Assembly (NCBI RefSeq): GCF_006345805.1
Contig: NW_021836977.1
Coordinates: 1 to 21,997 of the forward strand
Direction of reading: 5' to 3'
Length of the DNA: 21,997 bases
DNA from: Octopus sinensis
Lineage: Eukaryota
The translations under genes and the position numbers were made by a program. The notes below the pieces were generated by a model that was given only the letters and a program-made list of their open reading frames with translations, searched no databases and had not been told where the DNA came from. Positions 1-12,190 of this stretch are shown here, piece by piece. How positions within the stretch are numbered: position 1 is the first letter of the stretch; each line of letters begins with the position of its first letter.

Positions 1-27
1 TATATATATAATATATATATGTATATA
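1..27. repeat. (TA)n microsatellite
   Basis: Direct reading: tatatatata atatatatat gtatata. Confidence 0.9.
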
Positions 28-214
28 TGACAAAATCAAAGTGGATGACAGATTTTCGTATATCAAGTTCCTTTATCATGGGAATGCAAAATACATAAAA
101 AATTCATCGAGATGTTAAGGTTTCAAGCGCTCCAAAATTACAATCCAAGAAAAACATTGTCGCAAAACCTTACGATCGTTCGAGGAATACGTTTGTACTG
201 GGCGAGTTTATATA

Positions 215-1651
<1,437 letters not shown>

Positions 1652-1890
1652 GGAGGCGCAATGGCCAAGTGGTTAGGGCAGCGGACCGCGTCGTAGGATC
1701 GCGGTTTCGATTCCCAGACCGGGCGTTGTGAGTGTTTATTGAGTGAAAACACCTAAAGCTCCACGGGGCTCCGGCAGGGATGGTGGTGATCCCTGCTGTA
1801 CTCTTTCACCACAACTTTCTCTCACTCTCTGAGTCACGCTGAATCTCCCCGAGAACTACGTTATGGGTACACGTGCCTGTGCGGTGCCCA
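1652..1890 (+). mobile_element. tRNA-derived SINE (family C), 3' end uncertain
   Basis: GGAGGCGCAA head, Pol III A-box TGGCCAAGTGG (1662-1672), B-box-like GTTTCGATTCC (1704-1714), then a non-tRNA body. No complete cloverleaf or CCA end. Confidence 0.75.
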
Positions 1891-2319
1891 GCATGGCTAC
1901 ACTCTAATGAATGAAACAGATAAAAGATATAAAGTTCAGAGATAGTTCTGATCTGGATTCTGATACGTCAACAACAGAAGGCTTTCGGTTGGCTAAGATT
2001 ACATAATTTTGAAATGCTTGTAACTCCTTTATTATTCCTTTCTAGAAAAAATGTATGTGGTTTCGTCATGAACATAGAAAATTACACCAGAATTACATTT
2101 CTTTGCAAATAATCCTGTGAAAATTTGAAAAACTGCAGGTGGTTGAAATTTAACAAGATCCTATACGGAGATGGGAACTGACTGGGGCACTGCCTGGAAG
2201 GTTGCTCGGAATGGCCCTAGCAGATATTGACAAATGGCGGATGCTACGATGCGCTGCAATGGCACATGCCTCATACCGGACCTGACGCGGAAACACTCGG
2301 CAACTGATGACTTTAACAA

Positions 2320-2858
2320 GCATTAACTGTCTCCTTACCTTGATAGCGTCGACGTTAAAACTCTGACCTGTCCCCATAGCCGGATATTAGCTCGCATGTA
2401 GATCGATGGTGTAGGCATTTGCCAACTGATTGTCCCCTTAAGTCAATGAAGTAGACATTTAATTCCCGAATATACCCATAGATCGATGAAACATTTAACA
2501 ACAGACTGTCCCCATAGGTTGAACATGTAGACATTCGTCAACTAAGTGTTCCCATAGAGGAATGCTGCACACACTTAGTCCCAGACTGTCTCCATAGAAT
2601 GATGGCGTGGACATTTAACAGTAGACTGTCCTCTTAAACCAATGGTGTAGAAATTTAACAACAGACTGTTCCCATAGATCGATGTTGTTGACATTTAAAC
2701 CAGTGATTGTACCCACTTATTTATGATGTGGATATTTAATCCCAGACTGTCCCTATAGACTAATGGCGTAAACATTTAAGCCCAGACTATCACTATAGGT
2801 CAGTGATGTAGATATTTAGCCACAAACTGTCCCCGTAGATCGATCGTGTCATTTAACT
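2320..2858. repeat. Degenerate ~40-bp minisatellite, about 13 units
   Basis: Unit consensus approx. CAGACTGTCCCCATAGATCGATGGTGTAGACATTTAACAA; unit starts near 2502, 2542, 2582, 2622, 2662, 2701, 2743, 2783, 2823. Confidence 0.85.
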
Positions 2859-2889
2859 ATTCGTTGCGTTCTTGGAATGAAAACTCATT

Positions 2890-3700
2890 CTCTAAGGAAT
2901 GTAATCAGAACCATGGAAAATATCCAATGTACCCGGGAAAGTAATCAATGTACCCGGGAAAGTAATCAATGTACCCGGGAAAGATTGTCGATAACGCTAG
3001 AGAAGTGTAATCAATATACTTATGGAAGAGTTGTTAACCTAGTATTGCCAGTCTACTTGGAAGCATAGGGAGTGTAGCTGTAGAAGTATAGAAGTATATA
3101 TATCTCTAATAAGATTGTTAGTACACCTAGGGATGTATGGCTTTGATACTTGTGGGCGTGAATTTTGAAAATCTGGAGAAGTTTTGTCAGGAAAGTATAG
3201 CAAAAAATGTGTAGTCATGACACCTTGGTAAATATAGTTAATACACTTAGGGATATACACTTAAGATACCCTTGGCTGTGTAGTTTGTATGCCTGCAGAA
3301 GGATAGCCAGTCTATTTGGCTACACTGTCTACAAGAGTAGCCAAAGAAGTGAAGTCAGTATACCTCATAAAATGTTGGCTTCAAATTTTGGCATAAGTCC
3401 ATTAATTTTGGGTGAGGAGATAAGTCGTTTACATCGATCGCAGTGCTCAACTAGTACTCATTTTATCGACTCCGGAAGGATGAAAGGTAAAGTCGACCTC
3501 GGCAGAATTTGAACTCAGAACGTAAAGATGGACGAAATGCTGCTAAGCATTTTGCCTGGCGCAGTAACGATTCTGCTAGTTCGCTGCCTTATACCTAATT
3601 AAATATTAGTAGTATATATATAGGACAGTTTAGTGCAGATACCTATGACGTGTAGTCGATACACTTAGGGAAGTGTAATCGATATAAATGGTGAAGATAT
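2890..3700. repeat. Degenerate ~21-23-bp minisatellite interrupted by a SINE; includes a near-perfect 21-bp triplication at 2925-2983
   Basis: CAATGTACCCGGGAAAGTAAT x2 plus a partial third copy. Related units (gtaatcaatatacttatggaag, gtagtcgatacacttagggaagt) occur on both sides of the SINE at 3372-3590. Confidence 0.7.
3372..3590 (-). mobile_element. tRNA-derived SINE (family B), near full length
   Basis: Reverse complement reads aaggcagcgaactagcagaatcgtta...gagttcaaattctgccgaggtcgactttacctttcatccttccggagtcgataaaatgagtac..., homologous to 17763-17986. The central CCTTTCATCCTTTCGGGGTCGATAAA block resembles, from memory, the MetaSINE-type conserved domain. Confidence 0.9.
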
Positions 3701-4249
3701 GTTGTTATGCTCGCTGAAAGGTAAACGGATAAACACTATCCGAATAACTTTCCTAAACAGCATATATGTAGATGAAGCCAAATCCTTCGTTAATCACCCC
3801 TTGCTCACTAAAAGCTTTTGGTAGACTTTAGGTCTATCTAAACTTTTTATCTTTATATTAAAATATTGCTGGTCGTTTATATTCGTTCATAAACTTTCAG
3901 TTTGCGAAAATTACTAAATCCATTTAGCAAATCTATTTCTGATTAAGTGATTCTATAGCATACAACTTCCCACAATCCTATGCTTTAATATTCAATGAAG
4001 CATTGTAAGCCAACGAATATTATTATTTGCTAACTTTATTACTTGTATTACCTTTAGCAAGGAATAGAGGGCCGAAATAAAACGGACTGCAGTACTTACT
4101 TGCAACTTTGTTCGTCCTGTGTTCAAATCTCTCCTAGGATCCACTTTCAGCAATCTGGTACTGTAAAGTAATTAGTCGTCAACTAATTAGTTTTAATTGA
4201 TCATTGTTCCAACCTGGTTCGAAGTAGTGGCTGTGCACTTATTGTTAAA

Positions 4250-4345
4250 CTATGCTATTTAGCTACGTCCTTTTAAGTTCCCGTGTTCAAACCACACGTG
4301 CGATTGATTTTTGTCGTGTATCCTTTCGAGATCGATAAAACCGGT
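4250..4345 (+). mobile_element. Old SINE-B remnant (a fainter one lies at about 4085-4146)
   Basis: gtgttcaaacc...tatcctttcgagatcgataaaa aligns with the family B core at 17763-17986. Confidence 0.55.
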
Positions 4346-4759
4346 AGCAATCAAATACTAGGATGACTTCCATCGATTATTCGCCGCTCGTCTTCTCTCC
4401 CCAAACCGGTGGCGCCGTGTAACAATGCTAGGAAACAATGTTTTGTTATGTCCCTTTGATTTCTATATTCAGCTCTCAAACCGATCTCATGATATTAAGC
4501 TCAAACGCAAGCAGGTTCGTTTCAATTAGCTCTACCAGACAAGTATTACGAGGATATTCAATCGATTATGCTCCTTCACGGCTCCCATTCAAACTTATGA
4601 CTTCGTACCAATGTTAGGAATCCCAGATGCACTAATGAAAACATTAAAGTGAACTGAAATAGAAAATACAAACTGTTTTGTGACAGTAAAGATAAAACTC
4701 CATCTCAGTCGAACACGTGGTTGTAATTGATGACGTTCGCCAGGAAAGCTTAAAACAGT

Positions 4760-5075
<316 letters not shown>

Positions 5076-5299
5076 ATCTTTGATATCTACTTTAGTCTTA
5101 GCAGAAATGAAACTGTTCACAAACCTCTTTTGTCTTTGTTTGAGTCATGACATTTCAGTGAATTGCGTATATGTTAGTGTGTGTATGTATATGCATGTAT
5201 GTGTAGATATATTTGCACTAATATTATGATGTACCTGTCTCCGTAAAGTACTTTTTATGTATGTGTCTACATACATTGCTGCATTAGAATATTCTAGAA

Positions 5300-6200
5300 A
5301 TCTTCACTATACTGCTAATCCGTTGGATTTGGACAACGCAAACGAGTTTATCTTTGTTCTTTTTGTGACTGTTCCTTATCAGCATCTCCTGTAGATTTTG
5401 AATAGTCCAAAATAGAATCGTAACTGATGGTTTGAACTTGCATTATTCCTTCTAAGTGTCCGATGTTTTCTCATATTCTATCGATGATCTTCAGTTGTAT
5501 GTTATAATTTTGTTCGATCTCTGTTACTTCTATCTATTGGTGAATTGTAACTGCAGCACAATACAGTGAGCTATTTAATACTCAAAAAGTGGAAGCTTCC
5601 CTTTGTGTTAGGTGTTCTTTAACTACTTGGTCGATCATAGCTTGCATCAAATCAATAGGTGTTCTATCGATTTATATCATAATCGTTCTTCCATTTAGTG
5701 GCTTGTTCAAGTAAAGAGTGAAATTATCTCTAATTCTAACTATAAACTACATTTTAAGCCTTTTTGTATCATTCACTCGTTTCTGTTTGTTCGCGAACGG
5801 TTACGGCATGTTCGTGTAACGGCAGTTACCGCATGCATGTGTAATACCTTTGTGTTATTGTTACATTTTCGTTTTGGCTGCAGTTTATGTCTCCAGCAAT
5901 GTTCTCGATGCCACAGTCTACTGCATCGTTGATTTTGTTATTTACCGTGCATTTTAGTGGTTGATTTTGTCTAGTAGGGCTGTGTATTTCTTCTCAATAA
6001 GCGTAACTCGTCGATTAGGCCGCTTCATTTTGAAATGTAATTGGATGGAATAATTTACATCCTAGTAGCTCTTTATTTTCTTAATGTAACCGATCAACGG
6101 ATTTTCTATGCTCTTTCCGCTGAAATAATACAGGGCTTGATTCAGCTCATGAGTCCATTGCAGTTTCTCACGACTTGCGATAGCAGATACCAGTTCCTTG
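5300..6200 (-). mobile_element. Heavily decayed N-terminal ORF region of an R4/Dong-like (RLE-type) non-LTR retrotransposon
   Basis: Colinear minus-strand peptide fragments in shifting frames: REKLQWTHELNQALYYF (QWTHELN 6140-6160), LIDELRLLRRN (5986-6018), LNSSLYCAAVTI (5543-5578), ENIGHL (5453-5470). They match in order my recollection of R4-clade N-terminal motifs (KWT.E.N, RL.DQ.R.I, IN.L.Y.AA..I, I..LR..IG.L). Needs HMM confirmation. Confidence 0.55.
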
Positions 6201-7600
6201 CCTTGAGATATGTAGTATGAATCCACGCATTATTTAAGAGTTCAATTTTACCGCTTGATAAATGCCACGATCTTCTTTTGGTGGTTTGATTCAGTGGCAA
6301 TTTCCTTGTTGATTCATGGGTTTGCAATCAACAGAACACCTTTAATATCTATTGAACCTTAAGCTTCCTCAATGAGAATCGTGTACCTTCAAAGATTTCT
6401 TTTTGCATTTTCACCTAATTTTCCAGCGCATCTCAAACGCTTCCAAAATTTAGTTCATTGCTGATATATTTTGGCCAGCAACATTTATAAGGTTACTATA
6501 ACAATGGACTTAGATGGCAAGTTGAGAACGCTTATTTATGCTTGTTGCCAAGTTTCTATCAATATCGTTCATATTTGCCCTGCCATCAATACTTCTCCAA
6601 CATTTTGTCAAGCTTCAACTTCTCGACGGTAGTTTTGACTAACGTATAGGGAACACTCCGCTCAAGTAGAAAGCGTTGCATGGAATCTAATGAAAAGATC
6701 TGATTTCATCTTCAGTGATAAATTTGAGGCACACAACCCTGCTGACATCCGATGTTTCAACAACGCTAATGAAATATTCTGAACACATTTTTCACATCAT
6801 TAGTTCTGCTTTCTCAGTCACGATATAGAGAATTATATTTTTGACAATAGAGGAAATCAATTTCATTGTTATATTTTAAGTTTCCAGCATTCTCTTTGCT
6901 ATGGAATCACCTGTTAATATTGGAAATTTTGCCTAACTGGGATCCTCTGTATGATCACATTAAGCTATGTAAAAGAGTCAGTGAACAATAAATAAAGTTT
7001 CAACAATAATTTGGGGAATAGAATTACGATGATAATAATAATATCCTAATATTCTTGGTTCTGTGCTAATCGCTTTTGTTTTTATATTATTTCGTTGACC
7101 TAACGTTAATGTTTGGCGCCTGAATTCGTTCGATCATAATCTATATAACCATTTCATCGTATCCTGTTGATGTTTAACAGTTTTTGCATGCTTTGTGAGT
7201 CGGTTTGTCTTTTTCTAGTTTTCAATTGCAAAGCTGTTTACTATGCATGAACGCTTTATAAGTATAACATAAAAGTTGACATTTGTTTGTGACATAGGTA
7301 AGCTACAGATAAAAGATTAAACCATTTGCTATTGAAATCTCTCAAATTTATTTGGCCTATTGCATTGTGCTTCTCTGATATTATCCCAAAGAGCAGCGGA
7401 ACCAGAAGACATTCACTCGTCACAATCTTTTCATCTGCATTTTAGTCACTTGAAATATTTTCAGATTCAAAGGTGTTTGTTTCTGAATATATTCGAGTTA
7501 ATTTTTTTATTTATTTTTTTTTTACATTATCTTGATCTTCGCTATCAACAAAGCTGTTTTGAGCTTTTTGAGAATTCCTTCCTTCTTCCTTAACTGCAAG

Positions 7601-7938
7601 ATTTGGAGTTGAATACTTTTCAACAACAGCGCGCAGTGTCTGTCGTGATTATTAAAGTACTGGTGAGACAGTTACCGTTTGACCGACATAAACAGTCCTA
7701 ATATGCATTTTTCTTTGTTTTTGTTTTGTTTTTTGTTTTTTTTAGTTAATCACAGTGTCTATTTCGTCGTTGTTTTCTGCTTCCCATTTGATTCGTTGAC
7801 GGGGAAACCCGTCTGCATATTTACTCCATGACAATAATAGTGAACGCAATTTAGATTTGGTATCTGATAAAAATAAACATGTTCTGAAGAGAGTAACTCG
7901 TACTGTATTAGTCAACGCTACTATAAATACATTTCAAG
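7601..7938 (+). pseudogene. Candidate exon pair (about 7601-7662 and 7746-7938) of an unidentified gene, one in-frame TGA
   Basis: Donor CTG|GTGAGA at 7663; 83-bp intron with a long T-rich tract ending TTTAG at 7745; donor AAG|GTGAGC at 7939. Spliced frame: ..ELNTFQQQRAVSVVIIKVL|LITVSISSLFSASHLIR*RGNPSAYLLHDNNSERNLDLVSDKNKHVLKRVTRTVLVNATINTFQ. No recognised homolog. Confidence 0.3.
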
Positions 7939-8123
7939 GTGAGCGTGTTCGGTTTTTTTTTCCACCGCCAGACATTGATACATCAAATACTAAATTTACA
8001 GAAATTGGAAAAATCCAGAAATTTCTGCAATGAACAAATACGAAAATGGAGTTAACTAAAATGATACAAAGGCGCTCAGTGAATTTCCCTACTACAAGAA
8101 AAACAGAAATAACAGAGATATTA

Positions 8124-8294
8124 GGCGCAGGAGTGGCTGTGTGGTAAGTAGCTTGCTAACCAACCACATGGTTCCGGGTTCAGTCCCACTGCGTGGCATC
8201 TTGGGCAAGTGTCTTCTGCTATAGCCCCGGGCCGACCAATGCCTTGTGAGTGGATTTGGTAGACGGAAACTGAAAGAAGCCTGTCGTATATATG

Positions 8295-8327
<33 letters not shown>

Positions 8328-8539
8328 GTTTGTGTGTCTGTGTTTGTCCCCATAGCATTGTTTGACAATCGATGCTGGTGTGTTTACGTCCCCGTCACTT
8401 GGCGGTTCGGCAAAAGAGACCGATAGAATAAGTACTGGGCTTACAAAGAATAAGTCCCGGGGTCGATTTGCTCGACTGAAGGCGGTGCTCCAGCATGGCC
8501 GCAGTCAAATGACTGAAACAAATAAAAGAGTAAAGAGTA
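8124..8539 (+). mobile_element. tRNA-derived SINE (family A), full length with internal microsatellite
   Basis: A-box TGGCTGTGTGG (8134-8144), B-box-like GGTTCAGTCCC (8177-8187), CORE-like gcatcttgggcaagtgtc, internal (TA)/(GT) tract 8287-8345, tail aaacaaataaaagagtaaagag. Homologous copies at 16635, 19170 and 21969. Confidence 0.92.
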
Positions 8540-8722
8540 TATAATTAAAGAAAAAAAAGTTAAGAATTTTTGCTAATTTAAATCTGCCATTCATTAGTCA
8601 TCATCATGGATATGTTGTTCTTTGGGATTTTCTCTTCTCGAGCTTCTGCCTTCTTGTTTTTTTTTTTGCCTGAAATGGTTTTAATTTAGGATTGGAAGTT
8701 ACCCCCTCTGTCCATCTTCCCG

Positions 8723-8724
<2 letters not shown>

Positions 8725-8769
<45 letters not shown>

Positions 8770-8795
8770 TGCGTGCGTGTGTACATACACATATA
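8725..8795. repeat. (GT)n microsatellite with GCGT units
   Basis: Direct reading. Confidence 0.9.
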
Positions 8796-9071
8796 CTCAT
8801 ATATTTTACAAAATGACCGCTCAACATGTTAGAAATAGAAGTCAAATCTCCCTCAAATCATACTGCCGTAAAAAAATTAAAGAGTATATTGGATAAGTAA
8901 TTCCGTTGAGGATACAGTTAAGTACAATACAGAGTGGTCACCAGTGAGGCCGAACAACAATACAATGGCGAATCTGACTGTTGTTCTCATTTAACCCGAA
9001 TTCTTCTCTCATTATGTAGACTTATGGTCCAATGAGTTCTAGCCATGACTGTCCCATCTGTTTAGGGGTAT

Positions 9072-9130
9072 GTACCATCGACTGGGGTCGATGTAATCGA
9101 CTTACCCTCTCCCCAGAAATTGCTAGTCAA
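9072..9130 (+). mobile_element. SINE-B 3' fragment
   Basis: actggggtcgatgtaatcgacttaccctctccccagaaattgc matches the family B 3' part. Confidence 0.75.
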
Positions 9131-9756
9131 TTTTGTAATAAACATCCCTTCTGAAGAAAAGGTTCTCTCTGCTTCCAGGAACAGTGAAGTGAGAGCAAAG
9201 AACAGTTTCCACAAGTAAAGATTTCTATGTTCAGTAATTTCAAGCTCTTCCATTTCCGTTACAATAATATTTTTGTTAGGTCGTAAAATGATTAAATGGT
9301 CTTTTGATAGTTTTCTATAGCTTTGTTAATGACAATGTTCAGTATCTTCAGTAGGGACGTTTCTTTTGATGTGGGACGGAGGAGACGCTTCATTTATCAT
9401 GAGGTCGGGGCGATTCGGACTGGAAAGTAAAGAGTTCATATAACAATGGAAAAAAAAAAAGACATTCTTTAAATCCAGTCTCCTTATCATATTCTGCAGT
9501 GAAGCTTCTGATGTTGACAACATAAATAAATGAAAATTAATCGAGTGGAGTGAAATGTAAAAGAGGAATGTTAACAGAATTCATCAATACAATATAAATT
9601 TTTTTGCTCTTCGATATATTTCAGATATCATCCTCTTTACATTGGGGTGTGGGCGGGTATTGGAGCATTTGTGCGTGTATGTGTGTATGATGCGCTGTGT
9701 GGGTGCACATACGAGCATATATAAATGTATGCATAAGTATATTCATGTAACTGGGA

Positions 9757-9853
9757 AAGAAACCTGGGGCCGATTTGCTCGACTAAAATGCAGTGCTCCA
9801 GCATGGCCACAGTCAAATGACTGAAACAAGTAAAAGAGTAAAAGTGTAAATGA

Positions 9854-9854
<1 letters not shown>
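9757..9854 (+). mobile_element. SINE-A 3' fragment (left arm of a fold-back)
   Basis: Matches 8449-8539 but carries private variants (aagaaacctgggg, aaatgcagtg, gtgtaaatgaa). Confidence 0.9.
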
Positions 9855-9884
<30 letters not shown>

Positions 9885-9894
9885 TATATAATGA

Positions 9895-9986
<92 letters not shown>

Positions 9987-10035
9987 ATATAATGAATATA
10001 TATATATATAATGAATATATATATGTATATATATA

Positions 10036-10093
<58 letters not shown>

Positions 10094-10101
10094 CATATAT
10101 A
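9855..10101. repeat. (TA)n array with repeated AATGAA interruptions
   Basis: AATGAA at 9890, 9991 and 10010 in addition to the arm end at 9849. Confidence 0.95.
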
Positions 10102-10198
10102 TTCATTTACACTTTACTCTTTTACTTATTTCAGTCATTTGACTGTGGCCATGCTGGAGCACTGCATTTTAGTCGAGCAAATCGACCCCAGGTTTCTT
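10102..10198 (-). mobile_element. SINE-A 3' fragment (right arm of a fold-back)
   Basis: Reverse complement matches 9757-9854 at 95/98 positions (2 substitutions, 1 indel). Confidence 0.9.
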
Positions 10199-10225
10199 AA
10201 ATAAATATATAAATGTATATATTAA

Positions 10226-10262
<37 letters not shown>

Positions 10263-10879
10263 ATAAATGATTATATATATAATATATTTCGTTGTTTAAG
10301 AAAAATGTCCATGTCCTTGGTTTTGTGTTTATGTTTTCGTTTCTCATTGTGTTCGACGTTTTTTTGATGCATGTATATATACATGTAGAGGTAGGTACGT
10401 ACATATATGTATGTATATATGCATATGTTTTATTTTATTTATTAATTTATTATACATATATATATATACTCTTGTATTCTTTTACACACACACACAGACT
10501 CGCGCGCTCAACACACATAAATGAGTGTGTGTGTATTTATCTCTGGCAGTTAAGAGAATTACTTACGAAGGTAGCTATAATTAGGAAAAGAAGATAAAAA
10601 TAGCAGGAGAATCAGGTGTTTCTGAACAGGCGATTCATTGAACGAATCTAAATGGAGTAAAAATGACGTGATTTTCGAAACAGGTTTTTTCTTTGTAGGT
10701 GGGAGAGAGAAAAAAAGAGAGTGATAGATTGAAGTTAGATGTAGGCTAGGACACGAAACTCTTTGTCATTGGTGGGAAAAAAGACATATTCTCGTTTTTT
10801 TTATTCGTTTTTTTTTATTTTGTTGTTATTTTCCTTTTATTTTTGATTTTGAAACTTCATTGTTTGGTTAAAGCTCTGT

Positions 10880-11200
10880 GCCACTCTGTGTGTATATGGT
10901 GTGGTGCGAATGTATATGCACGCGTATGTGTTTATGGGTGTGTTTATGTGTGGGTGTGTCCATGGGTGTGTGACTCTTTGTTGTGTATAGATGTCGTGTG
11001 TGTGTGTTGTGTGTGTACACGCGTTTGTGTGCGCGCTTCTGTATGTGTGCGCGCGTGCACTCTCTTCTTCTTCTTCTTCTTCTTCTTCTTCTTCTTCTAC
11101 TACTACTACTGCTGCTGTACTACTACTACTACTACTACTACTATTGTTGTTGCTGCTGCTGTACTACTACTACTACTACTACTGTTGCTGCTGCTGCTAC
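10880..11200. repeat. Degenerate (GT)n followed by compound (CTT)n/(CTA)n/(GTT)n/(GCT)n
   Basis: Direct reading. Confidence 0.9.
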
Positions 11201-11204
11201 TACG

Positions 11205-11375
11205 TGCTGTGTGGTATATCTTTCGGATCTTCGCGTTCAAATCCAGCCGAAATCAACTTTGGCTGTCCTCCTTTCAGGGTCGATGAAATAGATACTAGCT
11301 GAGCATTGGGGGGGGATATAATCGACCAGTCCCCCCCTTTTTAAGGCCTTGTGCCTAAAATAGAAAGGATTATTA
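11205..11375 (+). mobile_element. SINE-B, 5'-degenerate copy
   Basis: gcgttcaaatccagccgaaatcaacttt...cctttcagggtcgatgaaa...ggccttgtgcctaaaatagaaaggattatt. Confidence 0.8.
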
Positions 11376-11595
11376 ATAATTGCTTCAAATTTTGGCGGAA
11401 GGCCAGCAATTTCAGGAGACGGGGTAAGTCGATTGACACCAGTGCTCAAGTGGTACTTATTTTACCAACCCCTCCTCGATAAAGAATGAAAGGCAAAGTC
11501 GACCTCGGTGGCATTTGAACTCAGGACGTAAGGACGGACGAATTGCCGCTAAGTATTTTGCCCGGGTTGCTAACGATTCTACCAGCTCGCCGTCC
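11375..11595 (-). mobile_element. SINE-B, near full length, tail-to-tail with the previous copy
   Basis: Reverse complement: gacggcgagctggtagaatcgttagcaacccgggcaaaatacttagcggc...gagttcaaatgccaccgaggtcgactttgcctttcattc...aaatttgaagcaattatt. Confidence 0.9.
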
Positions 11596-11712
11596 ACGTT
11601 ATTAAAATTAGTGCGCCGGTAAGCTGAAAAGTACGGAGAAAAAAGAACAAAAGAAAACATGCGTTGGATGGTTGGGATCTGCAGGTTCCCTTGGTATTTC
11701 CTACCTATATAT

Positions 11713-12190
11713 ACTTAGATAACTTAGATATGTTTCGACCAATGATTGGTCCAGGCCATGTCTAACTTAATATCACCACCTGATAAGATTATTTGAATCC
11801 TGTTTAAGTCAAGTTTTGTTTATGGTCCTTTCAAGTAGTGAATTGGGTGAGTTGTATCCAATTATGGGTGGCTTGTCTGGTATTCCTTGAAGGAATCTAT
11901 CCAGACTCCGTTTAAAGTTGATGGGATCCTTTTCCTCTTTGATCTCTTTCGGGACAATGTTAAATAGGGCAGGGACTGTTGAGGAAAAGAAATTATGTTG
12001 TAGTGTACATGTATGCTGTGATCTTGAATTGGGCAGGGGACGTATGGCCCGTGGTCCCAGTCTTGGATGAACCTTGAAGCTAATGTTCAGGTCGTTTGGG
12101 CAAAGTTGGCGGTATGTTCTCCACATCGTACAAATGATGTACCGTTCACGGCGACGCTAGAGAGAGTAGAGTTTCAAGGCTTATATATAT
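11713..12190 (-). mobile_element. 5'-truncated 3' end of a CR1/L2-group LINE (post-RT C-terminus plus 3' UTR)
   Basis: ALKLYSL*RRRERYIICTMWRTY...PALFNIVPKEIK...FKRSLDRFLQGIPDKP (ORF 11809-12126 extended upstream), typical of CR1-group C-termini. Ends in a short tandem ATCTAAGT repeat (11713-11729). Confidence 0.8.

Noticed and set aside
2320-2858. CRISPR-like appearance of the 40-bp periodic array
   Set aside because: Whole units are homologous to each other (no unique spacers), there are no cas genes, and the context is eukaryotic.
4609-4653. Possible 45-bp minus-strand micro-exon (VHFNVFISASGIPNIG; tttctatttcag acceptor, GTACGA donor)
   Set aside because: Too short, weak donor and no linkage to other exons; such signals are frequent by chance in AT-rich DNA.
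6330-6960. Protein-like fragments upstream of the R4-like remnant (e.g. SMQRFLLERSVPYTLVKTTVEKLKLDKMLEKY)
   Set aside because: Stop density is near random expectation and I recognise no motif.
8578-8669. Possible minus-strand terminal exon (KKKNKKAEAREEKIPKNNISMMMTNEWQI*)
   Set aside because: Only an acceptor-like CAG and 30 open codons, partly from an A11 run; no supporting homology.
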